Position numbers and translations under genes: made by a program. From assembly GCA_028023455.1 (NCBI GenBank), contig JAQFVV010000003.1, positions 8,742,001 through 8,806,000 of the forward strand: 64,000 nucleotides of DNA. Direction: 5' to 3'. The notes under the pieces are model-generated. The model searched no databases, was not told the DNA's origin, and worked only from the letters and a program-made list of their open reading frames with translations. This DNA comes from Epiperipatus broadwayi. Taxonomy: Eukaryota; Animalia; Onychophora. Below are positions 28,220-42,158 of this stretch, in pieces (within the stretch, counting starts at the first letter, position 1; each line of letters starts with the position of its first letter).

Positions 28220-30760
28220 GGAGGATAAGACACTCAAATATGTGGTGCAAAGCTGCCCTATGATAGAGAAATTGAGTATTTACTGGTATCTGGTAGCCAG
28301 ATCTCAATTGTGTCAGATGCATTCTATCATAAGGCACTGACAAATAACATCACCATCAAGACACTACCACTGAAATTGATTCAAGTTACCATAGAAAGGC
28401 CAAACTGTTACAAAAACAAATGTTGATCAAAATCAAGATTGGCCAGACAATTCTCTATTGTGTTTTTCTTATATTGAATGGCTTAATATATGAGGTCATT
28501 CTACGGGCAGACTTTCTCCACATGAACCATTGCTTCATTGATTTCCTAGACAAAGTAGTTAAGGTTAATGATGAGATCTTGGAGATGACATTGTGTCCAA
28601 AATATGACCTACATGAAGTTGATTGTATGATATCTGTAATTTCAAAAACCTTGATTGAACACAAGATTGCAGAATCCAATTTACTTTGCAGCAATAATGA
28701 AGGAAAGTTACGATCTGTTATTATTGAATTTGGCCCCATTTTCTCAGAAATACATAGGAATAATCAAGAGTTTCCAGCAGAGATTAAAACTAATTCATGA
28801 CCAACTATTTCAATCCAAATCATACTCTATTCTGTACCAGTATTGAGAAGAGATATCTAAACAAATTAACAAAATGCTAGATTGGGGGATTATTTCTAAA
28901 TGTTCTTTACCTTACTGTAATCCAGTTCTAACTGTGAAGAAGAAAGGTTGATGAGATTTTGTTTAGATGCTAGGCAGCTAAACAAAATTATTGTTCTTGA
29001 CAGAAACATAACATTATCTATCCATGATTTATTTGCAAGGTTTGAAACCTCCTGCTATTAACAAATCAAGCTTCATCCAAATGATTTCCAATACACTGCC
29101 TTCTGATACAAGAATTTTACCTACCAGTTCAATAGAATGCCTTTTGGGTTGATCAATAATGGTGCTGGTCTGATAATATGTTTGGACAGTACCTATCTCC
29201 AGAGGTCAAACAGATTGCAACCATTTACATGGATGATGTGATTATATCATCTGCCACCATTGAAGAACATCTTCAACACCTGACTTAATTTTTTAAGGAG
29301 TGTTATGAAAAGGGAATTAAGATCAACTTTAAGAAAAGCACATTGGTGTGTAGCAAGATGGTCTTCTTAGATCATATCATTGGTTACAATGGGATAAAAT
29401 CTCATTTTGATGAAAACAAATAAGGTCATTTTTAGGACTATGTAAATTTCTATAATTGTTTCTACCAAAAGTTCTCAGGCTGTATGGAACTGCTATTAAA
29501 ATTAATCAGGAAGGATGAAAAGTGGAAATGGATCAAAGAGCAAGATAAGGCATTTGAAGACATTAAAACAGAATTCTTACAACAAACCACATCAGCTTTT
29601 CCTGATTTTAATAAACTGTTTTGTCCAGACAGACAGTAGTGATTTTGAATTGGAGGTAATGTTATCCCAAATCCAGGAGGATGGCCAACCTGGCATTCTC
29701 TAGTTTATTAGATGGCACCTAAAGGGTCCAGAAATAAACTATACAGCTACAGAGAAGGAGGCACTGGCAATAGTGTGGGCCTTCCAGAAGTTTCAACAGA
29801 TACTTCTTGGATCAGAAGTGGTAGTGATCACTGGTCACAAAAGCCTTGAATTCTTGAATCATAGCTACCTGACCAATAGTCATCTAGTCAAATAGAGTTT
29901 GCTGTTGCAGGAATTCAATTATAGCATATGGTACTGTAATGGATTCAAGAATGTGATAGCAGATATGTTGAAACCCATGCAGGTCTAAACAAAATCACCT
30001 TTTGGTAGACAATGCCTACTTTACTAACATTAACATAATGATTGACAACAATGTAGAGAAAGATTTAGAAGTTTTGCCAAAAATTCAATCTAGATATCCA
30101 AATTTAAGACCAATCATTGAAAGAAAGTTCTGCATGCCCCAAAGAATCTTAAATAATACAAGCTTTAAAAAGAGGTTTTGCTTTACAAACCAAACTTAGA
30201 CATTGAAGAGTGGAGGGTAGTGATACCTAAGTTCTTAACAAACCAACTCATCATGTATGTCCATTGTCTATATGGTCACTATGGTGCCCATAAGATGGAA
30301 CATACCCTTTAAAATTGGTTTTACTGGTCAACAAAGTATAAGGACATCTTAAAATCACTCTGAGATTGTCTTGTGTACTTACAATACCTGAAAAGCATAA
30401 TGAGATCCTAGAAATAGATTATTATGGGCCTCTGGCTTCATTTAATAAAAAGAAATATCTATTGGTAGCATATGATCTCTTTTCTAAGTATGTTACTGCT
30501 TACCCAAGACTCCAAGCTAATACTAGTATACTATCCGAGTATTAGACATGCTCTAATTCATCAAGAGGGAAGTCTAGAAACATATTAACAGGCTCTGGTG
30601 CTCCTTTCCTATCCAAAAAATGAAAGAAGTGGGTGGAGAAAACTCAGATCAAACATGTGCTTACATCTATTAGAAATCCACAATCCAACCCTTGTGAACG
30701 CATGATGTGGGAGCTAGGATGATTGTTCAGGACTCACCTAGAGGATGAGTATCAGGGGTA
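28220..30760 (+). pseudogene. Gypsy pol pseudogene (protease, RT, RNase H, integrase)
   Basis: LLVSGSQISIV (protease, catalytic D lost); NPVLTVKKK, RFCLDARQLN, YQFNRMPFGL and YMDDVIISS (RT); QTDSSDF and NYTATEKEALAIVWA (RNase H); GHYG, IDYYGP and PQSNPCERM (integrase). Confidence 0.9.
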
Positions 30761-31403
30761 GGTGAAGCAAGTGGAATGTGGTGAATTATATTAATTTGAT
30801 TTAAATCCATTAAACTGCATTTTAACAAATTCACACCAGTATTCTTTGTAAAATATACACCAACAACTGTATATCTTGGTACAAATACTGAAACAGTTAG
30901 GTATTTGCATATGAACAATTAGTTGAGAGAGCAAAACAAAGGATGAAAATTTCAAGTAGGTGATAGAGTACTAAAAATATCAGAAATTTTAAGAAAGACC
31001 TTATAATCATAATAAAGCAGGCAGGTCAAAATGCTTTTGGGTGGACATAAAGGAAAAAACCAGAGGCACTTGCAATGCCAGAATATTAAAGCCATATCTT
31101 TGTCAATATATAAGAGTTTAGATCAGAGATGAAAGGTGGAATTAAGAAAAGGAAATGAGAAAACATCAAAAAAGGGAGAAAATGTAATTAGGGTTACAAT
31201 AGCTCTTGTGTTACATTTATAAGGATACACTTCAGAATAGTTTATGGGGTACCTTAGAACCTACCAAATTTCTATTTGTGAGTTAATCCACATGTGATGA
31301 TGGATTCTCACTTTAGATAATCCTCAAAATCCAATAAGTCTTGAAAGAAGAGCAGGAGAGATTACTAAGCAGATATATGTATTATCTATAGTAGAGATAT
31401 ATA

Positions 31404-31815
31404 AATGGTATGGTTCAGACCATAAAATAAAATAAAAATGTTATATATGCCCTATACTAAATTCTTATTTCTCATTTGGAAGAATGTTAAAGCTCTGAGA
31501 GGGGGCATGATGGAAAAATGTTTGAAAACAAAGGTTTAAAGAGCGGTATGTGAAAATAGGTTTCATGATCTCTGGTAAATAACAAAGAAAGTATTGTCTG
31601 AAAAATATATAAATCCATATGGTTCAGACCATAAAATAAAATAATAATATTATATGTGCTTTATACTAAATTCTTATTTCTCATTTGGAAGAATGTTAGA
31701 GCTCTGAGAAGGGGCATGATGAAAAAATGTTTTAAAACAAACGTTTCAATAATGGTATGGAAAGATAGGTTTCATGATCTCTTGTAAATAACAAAGGAAG
31801 TATTGTCTAAAAAAT
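31404..31815. repeat. Tandem duplication of a ~210-bp unit in the Gypsy 3' non-coding region
   Basis: atggttcagaccataaaataaaataa...agtattgtct(g)aaaaat occurs twice, from about 31407 and about 31619. Confidence 0.88.
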
Positions 31816-31891
31816 GAGCCCCCTTATAACTCATTAAGATTTGAAATTTTTAATCATTAAGTAAAATTTTAACCCTGTAAAGAGAAGAATT

Positions 31892-34800
31892 TGTGAGGGT
31901 AGTTTAAAATTGTAGCTACACTAACTTTTAGCCACCTGAAATGTTAGACTATACTTAGTCAAGAATTATATCTAGCAGAATGAATGGTTTTGATAACACA
32001 CTACTTTAGAAATTTGAGGAAATAGGCATAGTGTATCAATGATGTATTACATAACTAAATAATAAATCATGTTACCAAATTGTACATACCTATATATTTA
32101 AAATGAACTAAATTCCAATTTCTTAATAAGTCAAAATAAACACTAAATTTGTATAATAACAATCATTTTGTGTTAAATGTTTTGTATATCATCAACAACA
32201 TAAAACAATGACGTAAATGATGACAAGCTAATCATGGTAATGATCAAAGAACAAGTACTATACCAAGCAACCTAAAATAATAATGACATAATAATGTGTG
32301 TTTTTATTTCTGAATTCTGAATTGATAATTGCGATACATATAGATAGACAACAATAGACATATCCTGCAAATAAAAAAGAAATGAAAAATTAAATACACT
32401 AGGAAATGGAAATAACATTAACCATAAAAAGCAAATACTATTATCACTCCTGCTTCATAAAAATTTATACATTTGCTATGAGAAGTCAACTCCATTGAAG
32501 CAAGAGGTTTTGAACACCAACCAAAATGGACACCTTCATTTGAAAAGTTTTAGTCTCAGAAAAATAAGTTTAGCATGAGATTTAAGGAAGCAAACAAGAA
32601 ATGTTGCATCTAAATAAAGCAAGCAAATAAACTTAAATAGCCATATAGATCTTAAAAAATCATTTCAAGCTACTGATAAGAAAAATAGGCTTAAGAATGA
32701 ATGTTTGATTGAATAAAAACCGAAAATAAATATATGTATAGCCAGCACAGCAGATGTTAAGATAAGTGTATTTTAACACATTTAAAGGTATTTTTTTCAA
32801 CTGTAAATTGTAATTGAACTTAAACTTATATATGTAGAACTAGAACAATATGTTCTGGCTAGAGCAATTAATTGTCGTTTGGTGAGAGCGTTAACCCTAT
32901 GACCATGGCTATATCTCTACATTTAAATTACCTGAGAAATCTTCATGCAGCATGGAATGTTTATGTGAGGAATGAAAGAAAACCAAGAATCATCGATGCA
33001 TAATTTGTTCAGAGTGTGCCATTTGGAAGCATCAATGAGCAATCGATATCTTCAAGGAGGAAGGCATTTAAATTGTATGAACTGTAATATAAGAAGGACT
33101 TTAATGATTTAATAAGTCTGATTTATTGATTCATGATATATATATATATATTTGTTACATGTTATGAATATTTTTATATATATGTGTGTATTATTAATTT
33201 TTCTATCATTATTTTATTTTTACATGATAGTGAAACTTTCTGATTCAACATTCTGGGAGAGTATAGCAAAATACAAGAAGATCAGGGAGGGAATATTGAG
33301 TTCAGTCAGAATTCTTTTTTTAATAAAATTTAGGTTTGATCTCTTTTCCCAAGTCCCTGACTTTTGTTCATGACTATGCATGTGAATTTTAAAGGTAAGA
33401 GTTTACTCTTTAAAATATTAGTGTCAAACACTCAATGAGACAGAATTATATTGTTTGTTATTTGTAAACTAGTAAACTAATATTATTTAAGCAATTTCAG
33501 TATAAACAACTAACTTTCTGAATGAATCTACTTTGCTATCATATCATGTACACCTGGGTCTCTTTTTATGTGGACTTATTTAACACGATTTTGAAGTTAC
33601 GTGATTCATGTTTCACCGGAAGTCGAACTCTGATATTACGCTATTACTTTAAATAATAAATTTCGCGCACTTACGTTATATTGAAAGTAATAGCACATTA
33701 TTGGAATTTGACTTTCAACTTAGTAATTTCAATATTTTCAGTGCTTTATAATAATAAGATTTTATGTAATAATGAAATTAAAATCATGATTTCCACATTT
33801 TATGTATACACACATTAAATTTTACAAGATTATAATGTAAATTTGTTCAAACATTGTGCATGTTAATTTTGCATTTTAAATCACATTCTGTTTTTGCTTT
33901 TTAAAAAAGAACGTAATCAATTATTAATCATTTAGTGTCCACAAGTTTATTTTTAAAAAGTCAGTAATAGCAGTGGGCACAATTAAATTTGACAATTAAA
34001 AATTCAAATCTGATTTTTAATTATAATTAACAATTTAAAAATTACTTACGGCGACTTGAAATAATGTGATGTAAAATTTGATTTTTAAACGGAATTGAAA
34101 ATTAAAGACAAAATAAGAATTTAATTTTTAGTTGTTAGTTTTAATTAATTTTTTCCCAGCAGTGGTGAATAAATATCTTTTTATTATCATAAGTCTACAT
34201 TCATAAACAATTAATAAAATCATCGTCTCAAAGATTAATTACTAATTACGTTGTCAACAGAAAACCATTAACACAACATGAGAGTGCAAACGAACGTGTG
34301 TTTGGCAAATAGCGATAATAATTAAAATGTGTATAAAAAATGTAAATTACCGTACTGTAAATTATGCATAAAATATATTATTTTGAATAAAATTAAATAT
34401 TATAGTTAAAAAAAAGTTTGTCTTGTATCAATTTTTTTCAAATTTGAAATTTTTTATTAGTCATATTTTATTTCCTTATTTTTTTTTTTTTTTGCGTGAA
34501 TTTTAAAGTAATTTTATGTTGGTGCTTTGCTTTTATGCAAATTTTGAAAAATCACAGACTGCATCCCCCCTTTTTCAATGTAAGTTACATCTATTTTTGC
34601 GCGATTTCGTTTGCATGTGTTTTCTGAGGAACCTATCTATTGCATAAAATGAGACCCAGGTGCATTATATTTTTAACATCACACACTCAATGAGACAGAA
34701 TTACATTGTTTGTTATTTGTTAAACTAATATTATTGTTAAAGCAATTTTAGTAAAAATGATTAACTTTCTGAGTGGATCTACTTTGCTACCATATCAAGT

Positions 34801-35658
34801 ATTGTTTCTCTCTTTTTATATTAACTTTTGAATAGATCTACTTTGCTATCATATCATTATGACAAATGAAAGGGGGATCTTCAAACAAATCAATCAATCA
34901 TTATAACTGGAACTGAGTACTGAATCTATGCTTAGAGTGAATATTAAATTAATTTAGCTAGTTAGCTACAGATATAATAAAGTAAATATTTTCATTTTAT
35001 TTTTTATTGTACATAAAAATGTCTGTGACATGAGTACCTATCATGGGGATTATGGGACTGGTAACTTCTAATTACTAGATTACTAATATGGTAGATGCTC
35101 ATTACTGACATTTAAACGGCGGATATACATACAATCTTTTTATGTTCAATTGTTTTATGAATAAATGTTATAAAGTTTATTGAAATGATAAAAGTCTCTT
35201 TAGTTTATTGGACCAGCCTTTGCATTCAATTGTGAAATTAATACCCTATACTTGCACACCCTCGCATACATCACTAATTAGTAATTAGGGTAGAAAAGTT
35301 TTAAATGAAGGTTATGCATTAATAGCAACTTGGATAAGATAATCTGATCATAAGTCTGCATAAGTACATCCCTGTTAAGAGAGTTGAATGCAAATTTTTC
35401 CTGAGTTCGAATATTGAGGCAATGGATCTGAAATAGTGTTGAAATGTAAATGAACTGACCCAAGTTACATTTAAATTTTAACTGACCCAAGTTACATCTA
35501 AATTTAATAACTGAGTATTGAGCCAGTCTATTGAATGTGGATATAATCATAGGTCAAGTATTTTGTTGTGTTAGCTCCAGCATCCTACCAAAGAGCTTTG
35601 GTCTGACCATAGTCAGATGCAAACCTCTCTCATAACATTATTCAGATGGACTGTTACA
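31892..35658 (+). repeat. 3' LTR, interrupted by a DNA transposon
   Basis: Starts TGTGAGGGTAGTTTAAAAT and ends GGACTGTTACA. Clearly diverged from the 5' LTR. Confidence 0.85.
33551..34662. mobile_element. Non-autonomous DNA transposon, 1112 bp, with 20-bp CAC...GTG TIRs
   Basis: The left end CACCTGGGTCTCTTTTTATG matches the reverse complement of the right end, CACCTGGGTCTCATTTTATG (19 of 20). It is absent from the 5' LTR and is CpG-rich relative to its flanks. Confidence 0.85.
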
Positions 35659-37699
35659 GCATATTATTTTTTATATTACTGTTTTATTTTACTTACAGTT
35701 TCAACTGTCTATCAGGCTTAATCAGAGCTTCTAATAGTTTCTCTGTTAAACAGTTTAACAAAAAAAAAAAGAGATTAGAATCTCTGAAAAAGACAGTCAG
35801 AACTGTATGCAAATAAAACAATAATAAAAACAAGATGTTGCACTGAATAAAGTATATAACAAAGTCAGTGTAATTGTATATAGATAAGTATTACTGGGAA
35901 CTAAATATCTGTATGAGGAAAACACTGAATTATTTTTACATCAGCATAATATTCAGAGAACAATTAGATGAGAAACTTATTAATAAAGATTGATAAAGTG
36001 AGCAACAAAGCTTCTATCAACTACAGGAACAGGTGCATGAAAGGCAGAATAAGAGCAAGACAAGATCTGCTGCCAATACAGCATGGTGAAAGAGTCTATG
36101 CACAAGCTGCAGGCATAGTGACTAATAAAAATTGTTTTAATCTTCATTATTTGTTTAAGCCTTTACGGCTAACTAGTTGAATGTCATAGGAAGTTAGATT
36201 ACTTGTTACTTCTATATATAAATTATATATCATATACATTGTAAAATATATAATTTTATTCTTTTATATATATCAAAATAGAATGTCAGTTAATTAAATT
36301 GCAATATAGAGTATTACTCTAAGAGATTTTATAGTGTTTTCTGACCGATATACAGCTTTATTTACTACTAATTTTGCGGTCAGGTTGGGTATAACAGAGT
36401 TGGCGAAGTCGGCAGAATTGCTGCAGGCTAAATACAGCAGCAATAAATTTACAATGACTAAGAAAACTATACATTTCTAATTAAAAAAAAGAAAGGTAAA
36501 CATTATTTTATTTAAAAATAATGTTTATTTTACATTTTATTTTGTTAGTGAGTTTATTTTTAAAATAAAAACAATTGACGCAAGCATTCTATTTTAAAAC
36601 ACTTTGAATTTTTAATTCTAAATTTTAATTTAGTTTTTGCAAATTTTAATCTTTACAGTTCTTTTATGCAAGTGTTTTTATTTTTTTTTTCAAGAGATTT
36701 TTTTCTCCCAACATTTAAACAAAATAGTAAAATCATTAATTAAAGAAGAAAGCGAAAACCATAGACAGCATGAAAAAACAAAGCCCTAATTGTAGATTAA
36801 CGAAAACACTAATAGACTTTTCTATTATTTATTTTAATATATAATAATTTAATTTATTATTTAAATGATTAAACAAAATATCTAACACTATAATGACGTA
36901 ACCTTTATGATAAATAAGGGATTGATTCTTAATTTATATTAACGACTCTTTTTTTAAAATCGTAATTATTGCTAATTTAAATATGATCCACCATCCCTCA
37001 CCCTCCACTTCTTACTAATAAAATCAATTAAATTCTTCATTTATTATTAATATCATTACAGCATATTTCTGTATTGATTTTAAAAGATAAACAGAATTTC
37101 TAGTATACATATCAAAAATCTGAAACTCACATTTAAAAATTAGTCTGTAGAAGAAATCAATATATTGATGCGAGTAAAAAAATAATGTACATAAAAAATG
37201 TATACATACTTTAATAATAAAAAGTAGAAAATGATTTCTTTAAGGAATAATCTCAATATTTTATTGAATTTGAATATAAAAGAATATTAAAGCAATTTTT
37301 GAATACATATCATAACTATATAATTGATAAAGTAAAGAGAAAATACATATAGAAAATAGTTCTAATAACAATCTACTACAAAATAATGAGAATATAAAAA
37401 CTGTCCAGCGATAGGACTAAAAGATTGAAAAAAAAAATTACAAGTGGAGAGGAATTCTCTGATAAAAGGATAATGCAGTATGTCAAAATACTTTGGTAGT
37501 CCTTTTAGTTTTATTGCAAATTCTACTTGTAATACATATCTTACTATTTGATTTCTAACTGATCATTCAATAATTCCATTAATATAATCAAGTTTTATTG
37601 CCTGATTATAATATCTTATTGCCTAATATCATGACATCCAAATTTATAACCAATCAATAATTTTAAAAAAAATTGTCAGAATTCTATAATAGTTAACAG

Positions 37700-37864
37700 T
37701 ACTGCTTTAGTAGGTGCTTCAAGACATTTTTGACATTAGGAAGATACAATGTCTGGAACAGTTTTACAAGTGTTGTGGGTGAAATGTCAAAATGAATTTA
37801 TCACTTGGTTGTGTCAGTGATATTTTCATGCTACCCCTAGGGTCAAAAATGTCCTACAGCAGTT
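37700..37864. mobile_element. Small MITE-like element
   Basis: ACTGCT..TAG...GACATTTTTGACATTAGG at the left end matches the reverse complement of CCTAGGGTCAAAAATGTCCTACAGCAGT at the right end. Confidence 0.5.
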
Positions 37865-38041
37865 ATTAAACTGGTACCCAGTTAACTATTTAAAAGTTGA
37901 ATGGAGTTCAAAGTCTAAACTTATTATTAGTGTGTTATTACAAATATCCAGATGTCATCTTTCATTATCAATAATAACCTTACATTACCAAACTTACCAC
38001 TTTATTTTTCTGTAATATCTTATATAAATGCAATTAATCCA

Positions 38042-38240
38042 CTACTTTGAACACTTTTTAGCAAAAACCCTTTATTGTATCTCTATGCATACACAATCTT
38101 ATATTTCATCTGTCATGCAGTCTTCTTCAAAACCAATTTTCAAAATTGGTTCTGAAGAAGACTGCAGGACAGTTGAAACATAAGATTGTGTGTGTATATA
38201 GATACAATAAAAGGTTTTTGTTAAAAAGGGTGAAGCAGTC
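38042..38240. repeat. ~200-bp palindrome carrying a hammerhead-like core, resembling a Penelope pseudo-LTR
   Basis: The arms mirror around aaccaattttcaaaattggtt. The right arm contains CTGAAGA-A-GACTG-CAGGA-CAGTT-GAAAC. A related single copy lies on the minus strand at about 48050-48135. Confidence 0.75.
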
Positions 38241-41200
38241 AATCTTAGTTTAAGATTGAGCTTCATGGTTCTATCCATTTACTATGTATTAACCTATGTT
38301 CAAACCCTATATTCCATCCCACTCCTTTAATCATCTATGTATATTTTATGCATATATTTGAGATGCGAGCCTAAAAGTTATAAAATTTTAACTTTTCAAT
38401 AACATTTTTTAATTATTATTAATTCATTTTTATTAAAGTATATAAGGTGTGGCTCAACTATATATATATTATAATGGGCACACATGCTGTTACATGCTAA
38501 TAAATAAAATTAGAAATTAAAAATAAAGTTTGCAAATAAAAATTTGTTTTTCTAAATTGAAATTTGTTTTTCTAAATTGAAAATTAAAAGTCATCTAAAC
38601 TCATATGTAAATAAAATCACATAGATGGAAAATTTATTAAAAGAAAACTATTAAAGAAAAAAAAAGTATTTTAAAACTAAATTTTCAGAAAAAGAAACTT
38701 AAAGATTTAAAGATAAAAATATATCTTTAAGAATGTATATAATTTAATTAATGCTATTGTGTAAAATGGAAATGATTATTTTCAATTAGTTAAAGTAAAC
38801 TAACCCTTGGGCATCTCAAAATTTATAAATAAAGGTCAGATAGGAGAGAAAAAACAATAGGAACAGAATAGCCAAAAAAAAAAATCCCTCAGGAAATAGA
38901 CATCAATAAAAGGATCATCATCATCATGATATAATGTCCACTCGATCCAAAAGTTTAATATAAAAGGAAAAGTTTGGAAATAAATTAGAAAAGAAAGAGA
39001 TGTGAAAGAAGAGATGTGCTATATGCATTAGTGCAGAGAGAGGTAAAGGAGAAGGGATTGAAAAGATGCACTCTTCAATCCCTTCAGTTTTTCTAAAAAA
39101 AAAAAAAGAGAGAAAGAGAAATGACAAATCATTTTTCTATATTGCAAACCACAGGACATCAGGGCCTGGAAATAAAATACCAGTTAAAGTAAAGGACCTC
39201 TGGATGAATCAATAAAATGGCCAACAGCATACCGGTCTCCCCAGGACATCAGGGGAATTAATACTAGATCGCAAATTGCAAGCAACTGTTAAAGATGAAC
39301 ATTTTAAAACTGTAAGAACTATATATATAACTGATGAACATTAATTCTAAAACTTTCCAGTATTTTAAAACAGTAAGAACTTTAATTCCAAAACTTTTTC
39401 AGTATTTAATAAAATTTCCTGTCTGACCAATGTAAATTATTTAGTAATAATTAATTTTATTGAATGTATTTTTTTTAAAATCATTTCCATTGTTATTTTT
39501 TCCATTCTTTTAAGTTTTTATTATGATTTTTTTTTCTGTTAAGCTAAACTTTTAATTAAATCATGTTAAATTTATCTCAGGTGTGAATGGCTGCATAGAT
39601 TCATAAAGTTATGTTAGTTTAAAGGAGGTTAGATCTTAGGTTATTTCTTTTGCAGTTAAATTGGATCAATGGATTGGATGTATTGGTGTAATTAGTAAAT
39701 GTAGCATGAAGATCTGCTACATGCAGGATTACATTATATGCTGCACTTGGGTGAAATAAGTCTATTTCTTATTCACCATTGGACACAGATGGTATTCCCT
39801 GCTCTGTAGATCATCCCCTTTGCCTATGGAATGGGATAGTAAGATGACAAAAAGGACCACAATCCCTTCCTATGGAGTTTTCTTTTTTATTGTTCTTCTT
39901 GCCAGACAGATGTAACATCCCTGTACTGGATGAGAGACAATTTCTTCTCTATAACCATGCTGTTCAGATGCACATTCCTGACAGTATGCTTTGTGCTGTT
40001 GTTTTCATGCTGCATTGAATACATTGATATATCAGATAGATTGACATTGGTTTGACTGCAAACTTTTGGCCTAAGGTTAAATAAGGGATAGAATATTTTG
40101 TTTTTGAGTACAATCTATATAGTCTATCCATACTCAATACTCTAATAAAATATTAATAAATTCATCTGTGCGAACTCTAAAATAAAATGTAAATTAAATT
40201 ATAAAGTAAACATCATGCTAAAATAATTCTAAATTTATATATGTTTATTAAATGTTTGTGTGTGTTATTACTGGCAGTGGCTTTTTTTATTTTTTTATAT
40301 TAAAAATTATCTCTGCAGCTCTGCAAGCTAATGACTGGGGCTGATAGTCATAATAAAATATATATGCAAAATTGGGATCTTAACAGTATGTATCTGCCTA
40401 CTATATAAATTTTCAAGGTTCAAATGGCCTGGTGGCGCCCTGTATGGCAGATACGGTAAGATCTAATATTTCCCTGTCCATTATAATATATATATTTTAT
40501 AGGAGCAAACATACTAACAAAATATTGATTTTTTAAAAAAATTTATTATATGTTATTTATAAAACTTTTTCTTTTTAAATTGTTTTTTTTTTTTTTATTA
40601 AATTGTATATTTTGTAAAATCCAAGATGGAAGACATGCAATCATTAATTGTCCAAAAATAATTAAAGGGTTGGAAACACAATATTGTTTTAATCTTGGGA
40701 AGGAATTTTTAATTAAGGTTTTACTAAAAATAAAATAGGGAATGGGATTAATAGATTTTACTTTTGTTATAAACATTTTTGTGAAATCTATTTCCAATCT
40801 GGAAATAGATTTGAATATAATTTTGTAATGTTATCAAATGATTGCATCTTCAAAAACAATGGACAAAGAAAATGTATGATCAGAGATTAGATTTTGGTGT
40901 ACAAATAAGAAATTAAAGGCATTCCACAAATACCTGAATGAAGTATAAAATGGGATAATTTGACCAATAAAAAATAGTTACTGCTGAGAGAACTGTGTTG
41001 CCATCAATACTCCACACAACTTTGAAATTTAAGATGATAGAGTAGATCCTAATCATCTTTTGGACCTTTGTGGATCTTTTTCCTCTACTGTACCATCTTG
41101 CTGCTGCTTTAGAATGGAGTAAATGCCCTATCTGGAGGACTTTGGAATGTTGATCAGAAGCTTGCTGTCACATAAGAACTGCCATGCACAAGCTGGATTT

Positions 41201-41326
41201 TTTAATAATGACTCTTAAAATTGTACAAGGTAAATTTTTAAGTTGCCACCTAAAAGTAAATCTAGCCTAACTAATCTCATCAAGATTTCTTTCATAACTA
41301 ATTTAACTTTGTATCTTCCTACTATG

Positions 41327-42158
41327 AGTAAATAAGCAATTATTTTATCTAGCACCATGTTTACAATTATATTACATTCCAATATCAGCCTTTCAAGCTA
41401 ATTGAGCATGCGCCTTTTGAGAGTGTTAAATAAATGAATACTTTCCTCTTCAATCCAAGATATAGTATTTATGCAGGAATAAAAAGGATCCTCTTATTCC
41501 TACAACTCAAATTCTTTTATATGAGCAAATCTGAAGAACTGTTGAGAAGAGCGTGAATAGAATTCTCACTTTAAATTACTATTTACGATGTTTTTTGACT
41601 AAATGACATCGGTGAAATTGCTTAGAATTTACTAAACATCATTCTTACGGAAACTGAATTATGAGTAAATAAGCAATTATTTTATCTAGTGCCATGTTTA
41701 CAATTATATTACATTCCAATATCAGCCTTTCAAGCTAATTGAGCACGCGCCTTTTGAGAGTGTTAAATAAATGAATACTTTCCTCTTCAATCCAAGATAT
41801 AGTATTTATGCAGGAATAAAAAGGATCCTCTTATTCCTACAACTCAAATTCTTTTATATGAGCAAATCTGAAGAACTGTTGAGAAGAGCGTGAGTAAAAT
41901 TCTCACTTAAGCAATTTCACTGACGTCATTCAGTCAAAAAACATCGTAAATAGTAATTTAAAGTAAGAATTCTACTTACGCTCTCCTCAATAGTTCTTCA
42001 GATTTGCTCATATAAAAAATTTGAGTTGTAGAAATAAGAGGATCCTTTTTATTCCTGCATAAATACTATATCTTGGATTGAAGAGAAAAGTATTCATTTA
42101 TTTAACACTCTCAAAAGGCGCATGCTCAATTAGCTTGAAAGGCTGATATTGGAATGTA
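41327..42158. mobile_element. 832-bp insertion of tandem plus inverted copies of a ~337-bp unit, flanked by a 14-bp target-site duplication
   Basis: The unit starts at about 41323 and about 41660, with an inverted copy at about 41908-42158. ATCTTCCTACTATG occurs at 41313-41326 and 42159-42172. Confidence 0.85.

Larger units (their letters stand above)
23026..35658 (+). mobile_element. Decayed Ty3/Gypsy LTR retrotransposon
   Basis: Two long direct repeats with TG...CA ends, a primer-binding site after the 5' copy, a purine tract (AAAGAGAAGAA) before the 3' copy, and internal PR-RT-RH-IN motifs in Gypsy order with many stops and frameshifts. Confidence 0.9.

Noticed and set aside
23026-35658. 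CRISPR array or prokaryotic system suggested by the many direct repeats
   Set aside because: There is no regular repeat-spacer period and no cas-like ORF. The repeats are LTRs and simple tandem duplications in eukaryotic DNA.
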